A stretch of DNA of 64,000 bases, taken from positions 1 through 64,000 of the forward strand of contig JBDHHQ010000002.1 of assembly GCA_039589315.1 (NCBI GenBank), read 5' to 3'. This document shows positions 18,277 through 30,265 of this stretch, piece by piece (positions within the stretch are counted from its first letter, which is position 1; every line of letters starts with the position of its first letter). The notes under the pieces are model-generated. The model saw only the letters and a list, made by a program, of their open reading frames with translations, made no database searches and was not told the origin of the DNA. Source of the DNA: Gemmatimonadota bacterium. Its GTDB lineage: Bacteria; Gemmatimonadota; Gemmatimonadetes; Longimicrobiales; Gaopeijiaceae. The position numbers and the translations under genes are program-made.

Positions 18277-19326
18277 ATGGCCCACCGAACCGCAGGCACC
18301 GGAACCCGAAGCCTCGAGGGAGCGTTGCTGAGATCCGCCGCCCTGCTCGTCGGGGTGCTCCTGCCGGCCACCTGGGCGTGCGGGCTTCGCTACGATGCCG
18401 AGGAGGAGGAGGCCGCGTTGCAGGAAGCCGCCTCGGCCGGGCAGGAGGAGGCCCGGGAGCTGCCCCCGGCTGCCGAGGCCTGGTCACTCCTGGGCGAGCC
18501 GCTGACGCCACCGGAGCCTTCCGAGGAGGCGCGCGTCCTACAGGAGGGCTTCCTGACCGAGGCACGGGCCGAGCTCGCCGCCGATCCGGGCGACGCCGAC
18601 GCCGCGATCTGGGTGGGCCGGCGCCTCGCCTACCTCGGCCGTTTCGGCGAGGCCATCGCGGCGTACACGGAGGCCATGGAGGCCCATCCGGACGACGCTC
18701 GCTTCTACAGGCACCGTGGGCACCGCTACATCACGGTCCGGCGTCTGGACGACGCCATAGCGGACTTCCGTCGGGCCGTGGATCTCATCGAGGGCACGGA
18801 GGACGAGATCGAGCCGGACGGCCTCCCCAACGCACTGGGCATCCCCCTCGGCACGCTGCACTTCAACATCTGGTACCACCTGGGCCTCGCTCACTACCTG
18901 CAGGGCGACCTGGAGGCCGCGCTGGAGGCATACCGGAGCTGCATGGAGGTGTCCACGAACCCGGACCTCCGGGTGGCCACCGGCCACTGGCTCTACATGA
19001 CGCTGCGAGAATTGGGTCGGGACGACGAGGCGGCGGCCGTGCTGGAGCCGTTCAGCGCGGACATGGAGATCATCGAGAACGACTCCTACCACCGGCTCAT
19101 CCTCCTGTACCGCGGCGAGCTCTCGCCGAACGATCTGGTGGATCCAGCGGCGGTGACCGACCCGTCCACTGCCAGCATGGTCTACGGTGTGGGCAACTGG
19201 TATCGGTACAACGGCCAGCCGGACCGGGCCACCGAGATCTTCCGGACATTCGTGGAAGGAACGGACCAGTGGGCCGCGTTCGGTTTCATCGCCGCGGAGG
19301 CCGTGTTGGCGCGGGAGGAGAGGTAG
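18277..19326 (+). CDS. TPR lipoprotein
   Basis: Signal peptide with Cys; TPRs such as YRHRGHRYITVRRLDDAIADF and YHLGLAHYLQGD. Confidence 0.8.
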   Translation: MAHRTAGTGTRSLEGALLRSAALLVGVLLPATWACGLRYDAEEEEAALQEAASAGQEEARELPPAAEAWSLLGEPLTPPEPSEEARVLQEGFLTEARAELAADPGDADAAIWVGRRLAYLGRFGEAIAAYTEAMEAHPDDARFYRHRGHRYITVRRLDDAIADFRRAVDLIEGTEDEIEPDGLPNALGIPLGTLHFNIWYHLGLAHYLQGDLEAALEAYRSCMEVSTNPDLRVATGHWLYMTLRELGRDDEAAAVLEPFSADMEIIENDSYHRLILLYRGELSPNDLVDPAAVTDPSTASMVYGVGNWYRYNGQPDRATEIFRTFVEGTDQWAAFGFIAAEAVLAREER

Positions 19327-19505
19327 GTCGCCACCGATCTCGACTGGGCCCAGCCAGCCGCGGAGGCCACTCGGCCCCGAAGGAATGAGAGGTCGCCGGC
19401 GGACCCCGGCCCGGTCCCCCCGTTCTGGCGGTCGTCAGCTGGACGTATTCGTCAAGGACCGGCGGACGAAACGGGCGGCGCCCCTGCGGCGTAGGGCCCC
19501 CGGCG

Positions 19506-20921
19506 TCAGCCCCCGGCGTCGGCCGCCTGGCCGACCAGGGGGATCCAACCGGTGCGGCCGCTGGCGCCCCGAACCATGAGGTAGTCCTCGAAGGTGCCGA
19601 GAACGGGGAGCGTCGAGCCTGGCCCGGCGCGTTCCACCACCGGCGCCCCGTCCAGAGGAAGCGCCCGGAGTGGGGTGGCCTCGTCCGCCGTGGTCCGGGA
19701 GAGGGGCTCCTCGGCCCCCTCTGCCAACCTGGCCGCCACGTAACCCCGCCTACCGTCCGGGAGGCTGATGCGGTAGAAAGCTCCGGCCACCGCATCCACG
19801 CGCGCAGGCGTATGTAACGCCAGCTCGACCAGGACCGGCGCCCTGGCGGAAGGATGGCCGCGCAGGCGGGCCGCATCCACGGTTGAGCGGACCCATCCGT
19901 CGACGAGCGATCGATCCGCGGTCAACGTGGGGAGCCTCTCCGACGGCTCCCGGAGGAACGGATACGGATTCACGGGCCCCTCGCCTCGCAGGTAGATCCC
20001 GAAGTGCAGGTGGGGTGGGGTCGTGCGGGCGTTTCCGGTGTTCCCCACCAGACCCAGGATCTGGCCCGGTCGCACCATGGCTCCCTCCCGGACGATCTGG
20101 CTATCCAGGTGGGCATAGTAGAGCGACTGGTTCTGCTCCCGGTCCCGCAGCCAGATGACCTTGCCTCCGCGGGACGTCTCCCGGACGCGGCTGACCCGGC
20201 CCGCCGTGCCCGCCACCACCGGCGTCCCCCGGGGCATGAAGATGTCCACGCCGTGGTGGCTCCGCCTCCCTCCGTCCCGGTCGGCACCGAAGTAGCTCTG
20301 GATCTGGCGCGAGTCAGCTCCGGCCACGGGGAATGCCAGCGACGCTCCGGAGCGTACGGTCAGCTGGTACTCGCCGCCGCGGAGGAGCTCCGGCTGGATG
20401 CGCAGGACGAAGGGGCCGCCCCGGCCCACGGTGTAGGACAGCTCGTTGGTGGCGGAGTCGGCGGAGGCGACGAACAGAGGCTCGCGTTCCCCCGACGGGT
20501 CGGCCCGGTACAGGTCCACGAAGACCCGGCCTGGTTCGCCCACGATCTCCAGGTCCACCGAAAGCCGCTGGCCCCGCTCCAAATCCACCAGGAAACCCAG
20601 GGCCGGGGCTTCGTCGGCCGACAGGTAGCCCTCCTCCCGGTAGGGCAGCTCCACGGGGAGCGGGTCCAGGAGGGCGCGCCGTGCGGCTTCGGTCCACTCC
20701 CGGCCCAGCGCCGTCTCCGACAGCTCGGCGCTCTCGAGCGAGCGGGCATAGGACTCGTGGGAGGTGACGTCCCGGAAGCGCTCGCGGATCTCGTCGACGT
20801 GGCGGCAACCCGGCAGGAGCGTGACGGCCGCGAGCAGCGCCGCCACGGAGGGCCGGGCGCGTACCGACCCACCGGTACCCGACCTCGAGCGCACGGTTGG
20901 CTGGCGCCCTCTGCTCCGCAT
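19506..20921 (-). CDS. M23 family metallopeptidase with C-terminal SH3-like region
   Basis: HHGVDIF, YYAHLD, VGNTGNA, PHLHFG motifs; lipoprotein-like LLPGC; start uncertain. Confidence 0.85.
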   Translation of the reverse strand: MRSRGRQPTVRSRSGTGGSVRARPSVAALLAAVTLLPGCRHVDEIRERFRDVTSHESYARSLESAELSETALGREWTEAARRALLDPLPVELPYREEGYLSADEAPALGFLVDLERGQRLSVDLEIVGEPGRVFVDLYRADPSGEREPLFVASADSATNELSYTVGRGGPFVLRIQPELLRGGEYQLTVRSGASLAFPVAGADSRQIQSYFGADRDGGRRSHHGVDIFMPRGTPVVAGTAGRVSRVRETSRGGKVIWLRDREQNQSLYYAHLDSQIVREGAMVRPGQILGLVGNTGNARTTPPHLHFGIYLRGEGPVNPYPFLREPSERLPTLTADRSLVDGWVRSTVDAARLRGHPSARAPVLVELALHTPARVDAVAGAFYRISLPDGRRGYVAARLAEGAEEPLSRTTADEATPLRALPLDGAPVVERAGPGSTLPVLGTFEDYLMVRGASGRTGWIPLVGQAADAGG

Positions 20922-21128
20922 TCGCGTCACCGGACAGGTGGAATGCAACGTCCCCACTTCGACACCTCCCCCATTCCCTGACCTCGCGCGTACCCACTGG
21001 ATACGGTCGCCACCACGCCTCGGTTCCCCTGCTGTGTGACCCGATCCCATCACTGGAATGGGCCGGGGGTCTTCTATATGATTCAAGGCTATTCTCCAGA
21101 CAGCCACTGACGCAATGGGAAGAACCGC

Positions 21129-22396
21129 GTGGTACGTATCGCTCAGGTCCAGGCCGGGAGCATCGCCGACGAGCTCGAGCTCGAGATCGGCACCCGCATC
21201 GTCCGGATCAACGGGCAATACGTCCGCGACGGGATCGACTTGACGTTCCTCCTGGCCGAAGGCGCCCTCGAGCTCGAGGCCGTGAGCCCGTCCGGCGAGG
21301 CGTTCGTGTACGAGATCGATCGGGATCCGGCCCAGCCCGTGGGCATCGTCCCGGCCCCGGACACGATCCGGGAGTGCGCCAACGAGTGCGTCTTCTGCTT
21401 CATCGACGGGAACCCCGAGGGCGTTCGGGACAGCCTCTGGCTGCGGGACGACGACTTTCGCCTCTCGTTCACCTACGGGAGCTACGTCACCCTCACGAAC
21501 CTGGGTCCCAAGGGGCTCCAGAGGCTCGTTGACCAGCGCATCTCGCCCCTCTACGTGAGCGTGCACGCCACCGAGCCCGACGTGCGGATCCGGCTCCTGA
21601 AGAACGACCGGGCGGGCCTGATCATGGAGCAGCTGGCGCTTCTACTGGACCACGGGTTGGAGGTGCACACCCAGATCGTCCTATGCCCGGAGTGGAATGA
21701 CGGACCGCACCTGGCGCGGACCATCGACGACCTGTGGAGCCTCGGCGAGGGGGTGCGCTCCCTGTCGGTCGTGCCCGTGGGGCTCACCCGCTACAACCTG
21801 AATCGCCCGGTCCGCCCCTTGACGCCCGACGAAGCCCGGGACGCGATCGCCGCGGTGGCACGTGCCCGCCTCCGGTCCCAGCCGGAGCGGGGTGGGGGAT
21901 GGTGCTACGCCGCCGACGACATGTTTCTACTGGCCGGGCAGGAGATTCCGGGGCCCGAATACTACGACGAGTGGATTCTCCTGGAGAACGGCGTGGGGTC
22001 GGTACGACGGGCCTCGATGGACTTCGAGACGGGTCTCGCAGCGGTGCCGAAGATGGATCGGCGCCGGCTCCGCATCGTCACCGGAGGCTCCATGGCACCG
22101 TTCTTCGGCGAGCGGGCGGGCCGGCTCGCCGACGCCACGGGTGCCCGCGTCGAGGTCGTACGCGTGACCAACGCCTTCTTCGGCGAAACGGTGACCGCCG
22201 CCGGGCTTCTGGCCGGAGCCGATATCCTGGCGGCCCTGGGCGAGGGTCAGGCGGACGACTTGATCGTCCTCCCCGCCGAGGCCTTGAACGCCGACCGGCT
22301 GTTCATCGACAGCCTTCCCCTGAGTGCGCTGGAAGAGACCCTGGGCCCCGCCCGGGTGGTAGAGGGTTACGAGATCACGGCCACGCTGCGCGACCT

Positions 22397-22400
<4 letters not shown>
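21129..22400 (+). CDS. DUF512 family radical-SAM-like Fe-S protein with N-terminal PDZ-like region
   Basis: CANECVFC (CxxxCxxC), DDDFRLSF, YVTLTNL, LENGVG motifs; typical position upstream of der. Confidence 0.85.
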
Positions 22401-23721
<1,321 letters not shown>

Positions 23722-23725
<4 letters not shown>

Positions 23726-24384
23726 GCCCGTACGCACTCGTCCTTCTCGCCTACGTGGTGGGCGCCACGCCCACGTGCTTCTGGGTGGGGCGCTACGCGT
23801 ACGGTGTCGATCTACGTGAGATGGGAAGTGGTAACCTGGGCGCCACCAACACGTTTCGCGTACTCGGGTGGAAGGCGGCGCTACCGGTCATGGTCGTGGA
23901 CATCGCCAAGGGATGGCTCCCGGTGTTCCTCTTTCCGCAACTCGACGGATCTGCCGTGTGGACGTGGACCCTGGCGTATGGCGCCGCCGCCATCCTGGGG
24001 CACGTCTTCTCGTTCTGGGTGGGCTTCCGGGGAGGGAAAGGCGTAGCCACGTCGGGGGGTGTCTTCCTGGCGCTGGCTCCCAAGGCCGTCCTGGCGGCTG
24101 TGATCGTATGGGTCCTCGTGGTCTCTTTCGGCCGTATCGTCTCCGTCGGGTCCCTGGCTGCAGCGGTCACGATTCCCGTGGTCGTGGGCTTCTACGGACA
24201 CCCGGGGGGAGCCTCCATGATCTGGTTCACGGTGGTTCTGGCCGCGTTCGTCTTCTGGGCCCATCGGTCGAACATCCGCCGACTGCTCCAGGGCCGTGAG
24301 CCGCGGATCCGGCCCGGGCGTGCCGGTCCGGTGCCCTCGGGGGAGGGCGCGGCCCCAGCGGGCAGTCAGGGAGGAAGCCAGTGA
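23722..24384 (+). CDS. plsY: Glycerol-3-phosphate acyltransferase PlsY
   Basis: GSGNLGATN, DIAKG, GH..S....FRGGKGVAT, HRSNIRRL motifs; TTG start after GGAGG. Confidence 0.95.
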
Positions 24385-25394
24385 GCGAACGCCATCTCGC
24401 CGTGGTCGGCGCCGGGAGTTGGGGCACGACCATCGCAAAGGTCCTGAGCGGAGCGGGGCACGACGTCCGCCTTTGGGCCTACGAGTCCGAGGTGGTCGCG
24501 GACATCGAAGAGTGCAGGGTGAATCGGACCTACCTGCCGGACGTGGAGCTTCCGGAAGCGCTCCGGCCTACGAACGACCTTCCGGGCGCCGTGAAGGGGG
24601 CCGAGGCCGTGGTGTCCGTGATGCCGTCGCAGCACGTGGCCCGAGTCATGAGCCAGGCGGTGCCTCACCTGGACGACGATGCCATCGTGATCAGCGCATC
24701 CAAGGGGATCGAGCTGTCGACGCTGCGCCGCATGGACGACGTGTTCGCCGCCATGCTCACCCCTGGCCAGATCGAGCGTTTCACGGTCCTTTCGGGACCG
24801 AGCTTCGCGGTCGAGGTCGCCCGGGAGATGCCTACCGCCGTCGTCGTGGCCAGCCGGAGCCGAGAAGCGCGCCTCCGGGCCCAGGAGCTGTTCCAGACCG
24901 AGTACTTCCGGGTGTACACGAACCGCGACGTCGTGGGCGTGGAGCTGGGCGGCGCACTCAAGAACGTGATCGCCCTGGCGGCCGGCGTCGCGGCGGGCCT
25001 CGAATTCGGCCACAATACGCGCGCGGCGCTCATTACGAGGGGTCTCGCCGAGATGACGCGCCTGGGCGTGGCCCTGGGTGCCGATCGCCACACGTTCGCG
25101 GGGCTGGCGGGCATGGGCGATCTGGTGCTGACCTGCACGGGCGAGCTGAGCCGGAACCGCACGGTGGGCTTTCGCCTGGGTCGGGGCGAGGTGCTGGAGG
25201 ACATCCTGGGCCACATGACCGCGGTGGCGGAGGGCGTGAAGACCGCCCAGGCCGTGGTGGACCTCGCCGAGCGCACCGGCGTCGAAATGCCGATCTCCGC
25301 GGAGGTCAACGCCATCCTGACGCAGGGCCGAGACCCCATGCAGGCACTCCGGAACTTGATGCTCCGGGACCCCAAGCCCGAGCATTGGTCGTGA
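24381..25394 (+). CDS. gpsA: NAD(P)H-dependent glycerol-3-phosphate dehydrogenase
   Basis: GAGSWGT, SKGIE, SGPSFA, GALKNVIA, GDLVLTC, SRNR motifs. Confidence 0.97.
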   Translation: MSERHLAVVGAGSWGTTIAKVLSGAGHDVRLWAYESEVVADIEECRVNRTYLPDVELPEALRPTNDLPGAVKGAEAVVSVMPSQHVARVMSQAVPHLDDDAIVISASKGIELSTLRRMDDVFAAMLTPGQIERFTVLSGPSFAVEVAREMPTAVVVASRSREARLRAQELFQTEYFRVYTNRDVVGVELGGALKNVIALAAGVAAGLEFGHNTRAALITRGLAEMTRLGVALGADRHTFAGLAGMGDLVLTCTGELSRNRTVGFRLGRGEVLEDILGHMTAVAEGVKTAQAVVDLAERTGVEMPISAEVNAILTQGRDPMQALRNLMLRDPKPEHWS

Positions 25395-25451
25395 CGACGG
25401 CGGCGAGCGTCCCGCCCGCCGCCCCATGCTGAGAACACAGGAGACGAGCCC

Positions 25452-25826
25452 GTGGCCGACATGAGCGAGCGCATCGCGAAGAAAGAGTACTACTCCATCG
25501 GCGACGTCTGCGATCTCACGGACCTGAAGCCCCACGTGTTGCGGTACTGGGAGACCCAATTCGACGTCCTCCACCCCAACAAGAACCGAGCGGGCAATCG
25601 TGTGTACCGCCCGAAAGAGGTGGAGCTGGTCATGCTGGTGAAGAACCTGCTCTACGAGCAGAAGTTCACGATCGAGGGCGCCAGGCAGAAGTTGCGCGAG
25701 CTCCGCCGCGGCGGAGAGCTCCAGGAGGCGCGCCAAAAGGTGCTAGAGCCGGAGCTGCTCGCTGGCATGAGAGAGGAGCTCACGGGTCTGGTCGAGGTGC
25801 TCTCGCCGCCAGAGCGTTCCCAATGA
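25452..25826 (+). CDS. MerR family transcriptional regulator
   Basis: YYSIGDV...PHVLRYWETQF...GNRVY motif. Confidence 0.9.
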   Translation: MADMSERIAKKEYYSIGDVCDLTDLKPHVLRYWETQFDVLHPNKNRAGNRVYRPKEVELVMLVKNLLYEQKFTIEGARQKLRELRRGGELQEARQKVLEPELLAGMREELTGLVEVLSPPERSQ

Positions 25827-25857
25827 TCGAGGGGAGCCCGACCTGAGTTCTGCCGAC

Positions 25858-26607
25858 ATGCACATCCTCTGCACGAACGACGACGGGTACCTGGCCGGAG
25901 GCCTCGATGTCCTGAGCGAGGCCGCCCGGTCTCTCGGCACCGTCTCCGTGGTGGCGCCGGACCGCGAGCAGAGCGCCACCAGCCACTCCCTGACACTCCA
26001 TCATCCGTTGCGGGCACGGCAAGCAAGAGAGGCGGTCCACGTATTGGACGGGACGCCCACGGACTGCGTGTTGGTCGCCGTGAACGCGCTCCTGGACCAC
26101 CGTCCCGACTTCTGTCTATCCGGAATCAACCACGGTCCCAACATGGGTGACGACGTCCTGTATTCCGGAACGGTGGCAGCCGCCATGGAGGCGACGGTGA
26201 TCGGGATCCCGGCGGTGGCGCTCTCGTACGCGGGCGACCGGTTCGAGGAGCTCGAGGAGTGGGAGCCGCTCCTGAGGGAGTTCCTGCGGCAGGTCCTGGC
26301 CCACGACAGCTTCCCGGAGACCACGCTGCTGAACGTCAACCTCCCTCCCGTCGCCCCGGGCCATGTCCGGGGGATTCGGATCACGTCCCTCGGAAACCGC
26401 CGGTACAGTGAGTCGCTCACCCGCGCGTTGGATCCGTCGGGCCGGGAGTACTACTGGATCGGTGGCGGCGTGAGCACCTGGACGGGGGGAGGCGATTCGG
26501 ACTTCCGGGCCATCGAGGAGGGCTACATCTCGGTGACGCCCCTCCACCTCGACCTGACCAACTATCAGCTATTGGAGGAGATCCGGGGTTGGAACCTGAG
26601 ATTGTAG
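25858..26607 (+). CDS. surE: 5'/3'-nucleotidase SurE
   Basis: ILCTNDDG, GTPTDCV, SGINHGPN, YSGTVAAA motifs. Confidence 0.97.
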   Translation: MHILCTNDDGYLAGGLDVLSEAARSLGTVSVVAPDREQSATSHSLTLHHPLRARQAREAVHVLDGTPTDCVLVAVNALLDHRPDFCLSGINHGPNMGDDVLYSGTVAAAMEATVIGIPAVALSYAGDRFEELEEWEPLLREFLRQVLAHDSFPETTLLNVNLPPVAPGHVRGIRITSLGNRRYSESLTRALDPSGREYYWIGGGVSTWTGGGDSDFRAIEEGYISVTPLHLDLTNYQLLEEIRGWNLRL

Positions 26608-26662
26608 GTCCGCCGCCGTGGGGGGCGACACCCAGCTCCGGACGATCGGCCCAGGCCACGCA

Positions 26663-27331
26663 ATGACCGTCGACGAGGACTTCCAGTTCGTCGGGTACCG
26701 CCGAAAGCTCATCGAGGATATCCGCAGTCACGGCATCGACGACCTGGAGGTCCTCCAGCTGTTCGACCGGGTACCCCGGCACCTCTTCGTCCCCGAGGGC
26801 GTCTGGCCCAGGGCGTACGAGGACGCGCCCGTTCCCATCGGCTGGGGGCAGACGGCCTCCCAGCCGTCGCTCCAGGCCCTCTACCTGTCCATCGTGCACC
26901 CCGGCAGCGACGAGAGGGTGCTGGAGATCGGCACCGGCAGCGGATTCCTGACGGCTCTGCTGGCCCTCATGGCCGATCGGGTGTACTCGGTCGAACGCGT
27001 GAGGGAGCTGTCGAGCCGAGCCCGGATCGCGTTGGACCGGGTCGAGCTACGCAACGTGGCCCTGCTCGTCGGCGACGGGACCATCGGCTGGCGCAAGTTC
27101 TCGCCGTACGACGTCATCGTGGTCTCCGCCTCCTCCCCCGGTGTGCCGACAACGCTGGTGGACCAGCTGGCCGACCCGGGCCGCATGCTGGTGCCGGTGG
27201 GCTCGCGGGAGTCCCAGGATCTGGTGCTCGTACGGAAGGAGGGAGGGCGAGTGACGGAGACGGTGGTCGAGTCGGACTGCAGGTTCGTCCCCCTGCTCGG
27301 GCGCTTCGCGTGGCCCGAGGAGCGGGCGTGA
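26663..27331 (+). CDS. pcm: Protein-L-isoaspartate O-methyltransferase
   Basis: VPRHLFV, GQTASQP, VLEIGTGSG, FVPL motifs; follows surE. Start could extend to 26618. Confidence 0.93.
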   Translation: MTVDEDFQFVGYRRKLIEDIRSHGIDDLEVLQLFDRVPRHLFVPEGVWPRAYEDAPVPIGWGQTASQPSLQALYLSIVHPGSDERVLEIGTGSGFLTALLALMADRVYSVERVRELSSRARIALDRVELRNVALLVGDGTIGWRKFSPYDVIVVSASSPGVPTTLVDQLADPGRMLVPVGSRESQDLVLVRKEGGRVTETVVESDCRFVPLLGRFAWPEERA

Positions 27332-27975
27332 ACCAGGGGACGCGCGTGGAGCACGGACCCGTGGAGCACGCTCCCGCACGGCCCGGGGTTCACCGGCGCC
27401 TGTACGACTGGGTGCTGCACTGGGCGGACACGCCGCACGGCCTGGCGGCCCTGGTGTTGCTCACGGCCGCCGAGTCTTCGTTCTTCCCCATCCCGCCGGA
27501 TCCGCTGCTCATGGCCCTGTGCCTGGGGGCGCCCAAGCGCTCGCTCCGGCTGGCCGCATGGACGACGGGCGCGTCGGTGGCGGGGGCGGTGGTCGGCTAC
27601 GGCATCGGCGCCCTGGCCTGGGGTGCCCTGCAGGGACCCTTCTTCACGTACGTTCCCGGAGTGACCGCGGAAGCGTTCGACCACGTCCAGGCTCTCTACG
27701 TCCAGTACGACTTCTGGGCCGTGTTCCTGGCCGGTCTCACGCCCATCCCGTATAAGGTCTTCACGATCTCCTCGGGCGTGTTCTCCATCAATCTCGGCGT
27801 CTTCCTGTTGGCGAGCGTCCTGAGCCGCGGGCTGCGCTTCTTCCTCGTGGCCGGGCTGATCTACAAGTTCGGCCCGCCGGTCAGCCGCTTCATCGACCGC
27901 TACTTCAACCTGCTCACGGTGGTGTTCGGCGTGCTCCTGGTGGGCGGCTTCGCCTTCGTGAAGTGGGTCCTCTAG
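27328..27975 (+). CDS. YqaA/DedA (VTT domain) membrane protein
   Basis: AESSFFPIPPD and TPIPYKVFTI motifs. Confidence 0.9.
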   Translation: MNQGTRVEHGPVEHAPARPGVHRRLYDWVLHWADTPHGLAALVLLTAAESSFFPIPPDPLLMALCLGAPKRSLRLAAWTTGASVAGAVVGYGIGALAWGALQGPFFTYVPGVTAEAFDHVQALYVQYDFWAVFLAGLTPIPYKVFTISSGVFSINLGVFLLASVLSRGLRFFLVAGLIYKFGPPVSRFIDRYFNLLTVVFGVLLVGGFAFVKWVL

Positions 27976-27989
27976 CGGGGGGCATCGTG

Positions 27990-28130
27990 ATGTCGCTGGT
28001 CTTCCTCCTCCTGGTCGTGGGCGCCATCGTGGCCGCCTCCCGCTTCGCCCGCCGGGACCGGCCCAACGAGCTCGACCGCCCTACCGAGCGGGAGCTGTTG
28101 GACGCCATCGACCACTGGGACGAGGAGTAG
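27990..28130 (+). CDS. Putative small membrane protein (46 aa)
   Basis: MSLVFLLLVVGAIVAASRFARRDRPNELDRPTERELLDAIDHWDEE*; GC3-rich codons and an N-terminal TM helix; below the ORF-track cutoff. Confidence 0.5.
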   Translation: MSLVFLLLVVGAIVAASRFARRDRPNELDRPTERELLDAIDHWDEE

Positions 28131-28333
28131 CTCGGAGCACGCACGCTCACTTCCCGCCGCACAGGCCCACCGTCGCCCCCCCCCCCGATCCTTGGTCTGG
28201 CCGGCCTGCCTTCGATTCATGACCAGCCCCTCCTTCGGTCTCCGGCGCGCCCCCCGCTTTCTTTTCTTGACGATTGGGTCGACAACGAACTGTACAGGCT
28301 TCCCTTCCCGATGAGAGTCCCGAAGGGGGGATC

Positions 28334-29770
28334 ATGTCCCTGCGCGCGTCAGCCTCTACCGATCGAAGCATCATCGCTACCATTCGAAGCACCATCGCTA
28401 CCGTTCGACGAGTCCTCACCTCCGAGCGTGGGGTCATGCTGCCCCTCGTGGCCGTCATGATGATCGGCATGCTGAGCATGGGCGCGCTCGCCATCGATCT
28501 CGGCATGGCACTCACGGCTCGCAGCGAGACCCAGCGCGTCACCGACGCCGCATCGCTGGCGGGTGCCAGCGCCTTCTTCGACCTGCATTGGCAGGACGAC
28601 GGGGTCGTATCCGAGGCCGTCAACCGCGGCAAGGCATACGCCGCGGCCAACGTTGTACGGGGCGCATCGGTGGACACGACCACCCCCGAGCTCTACACCA
28701 TGAACGCGGAGGATGGTCTGGTCTCTTTCGTCCAGAGGGGGCCGGAGATGACGATCCAGGTCACCCCCGAGACGCAGAGGGTGCGCGTCTGGGTCGAGCG
28801 GGCGAACCTGCCCACCTGGTTCGCGAAGCTTCTGGGCATAGCCTCCCTGAAGGTGAGCACGGCTTCCGCGGCCGCGGTGAGCGCAGGAAACACCATCGAA
28901 GCCTGCGTCCTCCCGTTCATCGTCGTCGACCTGTGGGACGACCTGGACGACGACATCGCCCCGGCGAACAGGATGCCGGACGAGGGTGAGGACTGGCTCT
29001 TCGAGAACGAAGCGGAGCTGGATGACGGACAGCAGCAGGACCCGTACCACACGTACGATCAATACGGCGTCGACGGAACCACGTACGGCGGTTCGTTCGA
29101 CGGCACCGGATACGGCAGCAGCTTCCGCGACGGTCAGTACGACGCCTCTGGGCAAACCCTTAACCGAGACATGGGTCGCCGGATCCTCCTGAAGACCGCG
29201 CCGGGCGAGGGCGGCGAGTCGACCGGCGGCAGTCCGGGTGGCGGCTGGGACCCGAACGGCTCGGGGACCATGGGGCCCGGGAACTTCCATCTCTGGACCC
29301 CACCGGACCCGGCGGAGGACTGTGAGGACTTCGGCGAGGGAGCGGACTTCATCCACGAGAACATCGTCGGGTGCAATCTGTGCTCCATCTCTATCGGTAC
29401 GGAGTATCCACTCCAGCCGGGCGACGTCTCGTCGGTGCGGGCGCCTCTCCGTCAGCTGTACGACCAGGATCCAGGCGCCCAGTGGGTCGAGGATCCGACG
29501 CATCCGAACGGGGGCTACATCACGGGCTCACGATACAGCAACCCGGAATCCAACAGCCCGCTGGTACGGGTCGTACCCATCATCCCTCCGACCGCCAACG
29601 TCCACGGTACCTCGGCGACGGTGGAATTCGTCCAGTTTGCCAAGATCTTCCTGGAGCCGGATGCACCCAACGGGGCAATCTACGGACGGTTCCTGGGCGG
29701 AGTGAGCGGATACGGCGGAGGGACCCCCGGAAGCAGCTCGCTGATCAAATACCTGCGCTTGGTGGAGTAG
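28334..29770 (+). CDS. TadG-like (Flp/Tad pilus-associated) protein
   Basis: ERGVMLPLVAV...LAIDLGM...ETQRVTDAASLAGA is a prepilin-like Tad N-terminus; PTWFAKLLG and terminal LRLVE also fit. Confidence 0.8.
   Translation: MSLRASASTDRSIIATIRSTIATVRRVLTSERGVMLPLVAVMMIGMLSMGALAIDLGMALTARSETQRVTDAASLAGASAFFDLHWQDDGVVSEAVNRGKAYAAANVVRGASVDTTTPELYTMNAEDGLVSFVQRGPEMTIQVTPETQRVRVWVERANLPTWFAKLLGIASLKVSTASAAAVSAGNTIEACVLPFIVVDLWDDLDDDIAPANRMPDEGEDWLFENEAELDDGQQQDPYHTYDQYGVDGTTYGGSFDGTGYGSSFRDGQYDASGQTLNRDMGRRILLKTAPGEGGESTGGSPGGGWDPNGSGTMGPGNFHLWTPPDPAEDCEDFGEGADFIHENIVGCNLCSISIGTEYPLQPGDVSSVRAPLRQLYDQDPGAQWVEDPTHPNGGYITGSRYSNPESNSPLVRVVPIIPPTANVHGTSATVEFVQFAKIFLEPDAPNGAIYGRFLGGVSGYGGGTPGSSSLIKYLRLVE
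28363..28404 (+). repeat. 21-bp imperfect tandem repeat (2 copies, in frame)
   Basis: tcgaagcatcatcgctaccat / tcgaagcaccatcgctaccgt, encoding RSIIATI-RSTIATV. Confidence 0.8.
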
Positions 29771-29835
29771 GGACACACAAGTCAGCTCGGATAGCGACTG
29801 CTGTCTGCCCGCACGACTCGCGGCAGTGGGCATCA

Positions 29836-29875
29836 GAGGAGGCCTGGATCCCGTCCCGCGGATCCGGGCCTTCTC
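29836..29875 (+). terminator. Hairpin, probable terminator after the TadG-like gene
   Basis: GAGGAGGCCTGGATCC...GGATCCGGGCCTTCTC long stem with G-U pairs; weak U-tail. Confidence 0.45.
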
Positions 29876-30265
29876 GCATGCAGCGCATGTGGGTCATCAA
29901 GGCTGGGGCCCGCCCGGAGGCAAACCGCCGACCCGCCCGGCATGCTGTTTCACCCATGCGTCTGACACAGCCGGGACGCCGGGCCCGTGCACCCCGCGTG
30001 CAGGACATGGCCTCGACCCAGTTACTCCAGATGAGAGACCCGCAGCGGTCGCAATAGCTGCCGGTTCTTCAGCACGTGCGCCTGCATCCGGTAAAGAACG
30101 TCGTCCAGCGTCTGGATGGCGTCCAGGGCGTGGGCTCCTTGTCGAGCATCACCGCTTCGGCGTGGAGGCCCATCGGCTCCAGGCCGGCGGAGCAGGATGT
30201 GGCCAATCCCATCGAAAGAGACCAATGTAATGGGGGAACGAGATGTCCTTGGCTCGGAGGGTGCT

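Noticed and set aside
28267..28300. sigma70 promoter for the TadG-like gene
   Set aside because: TTGACG is present, but there is no convincing -10 hexamer at 16-18 nt spacing.
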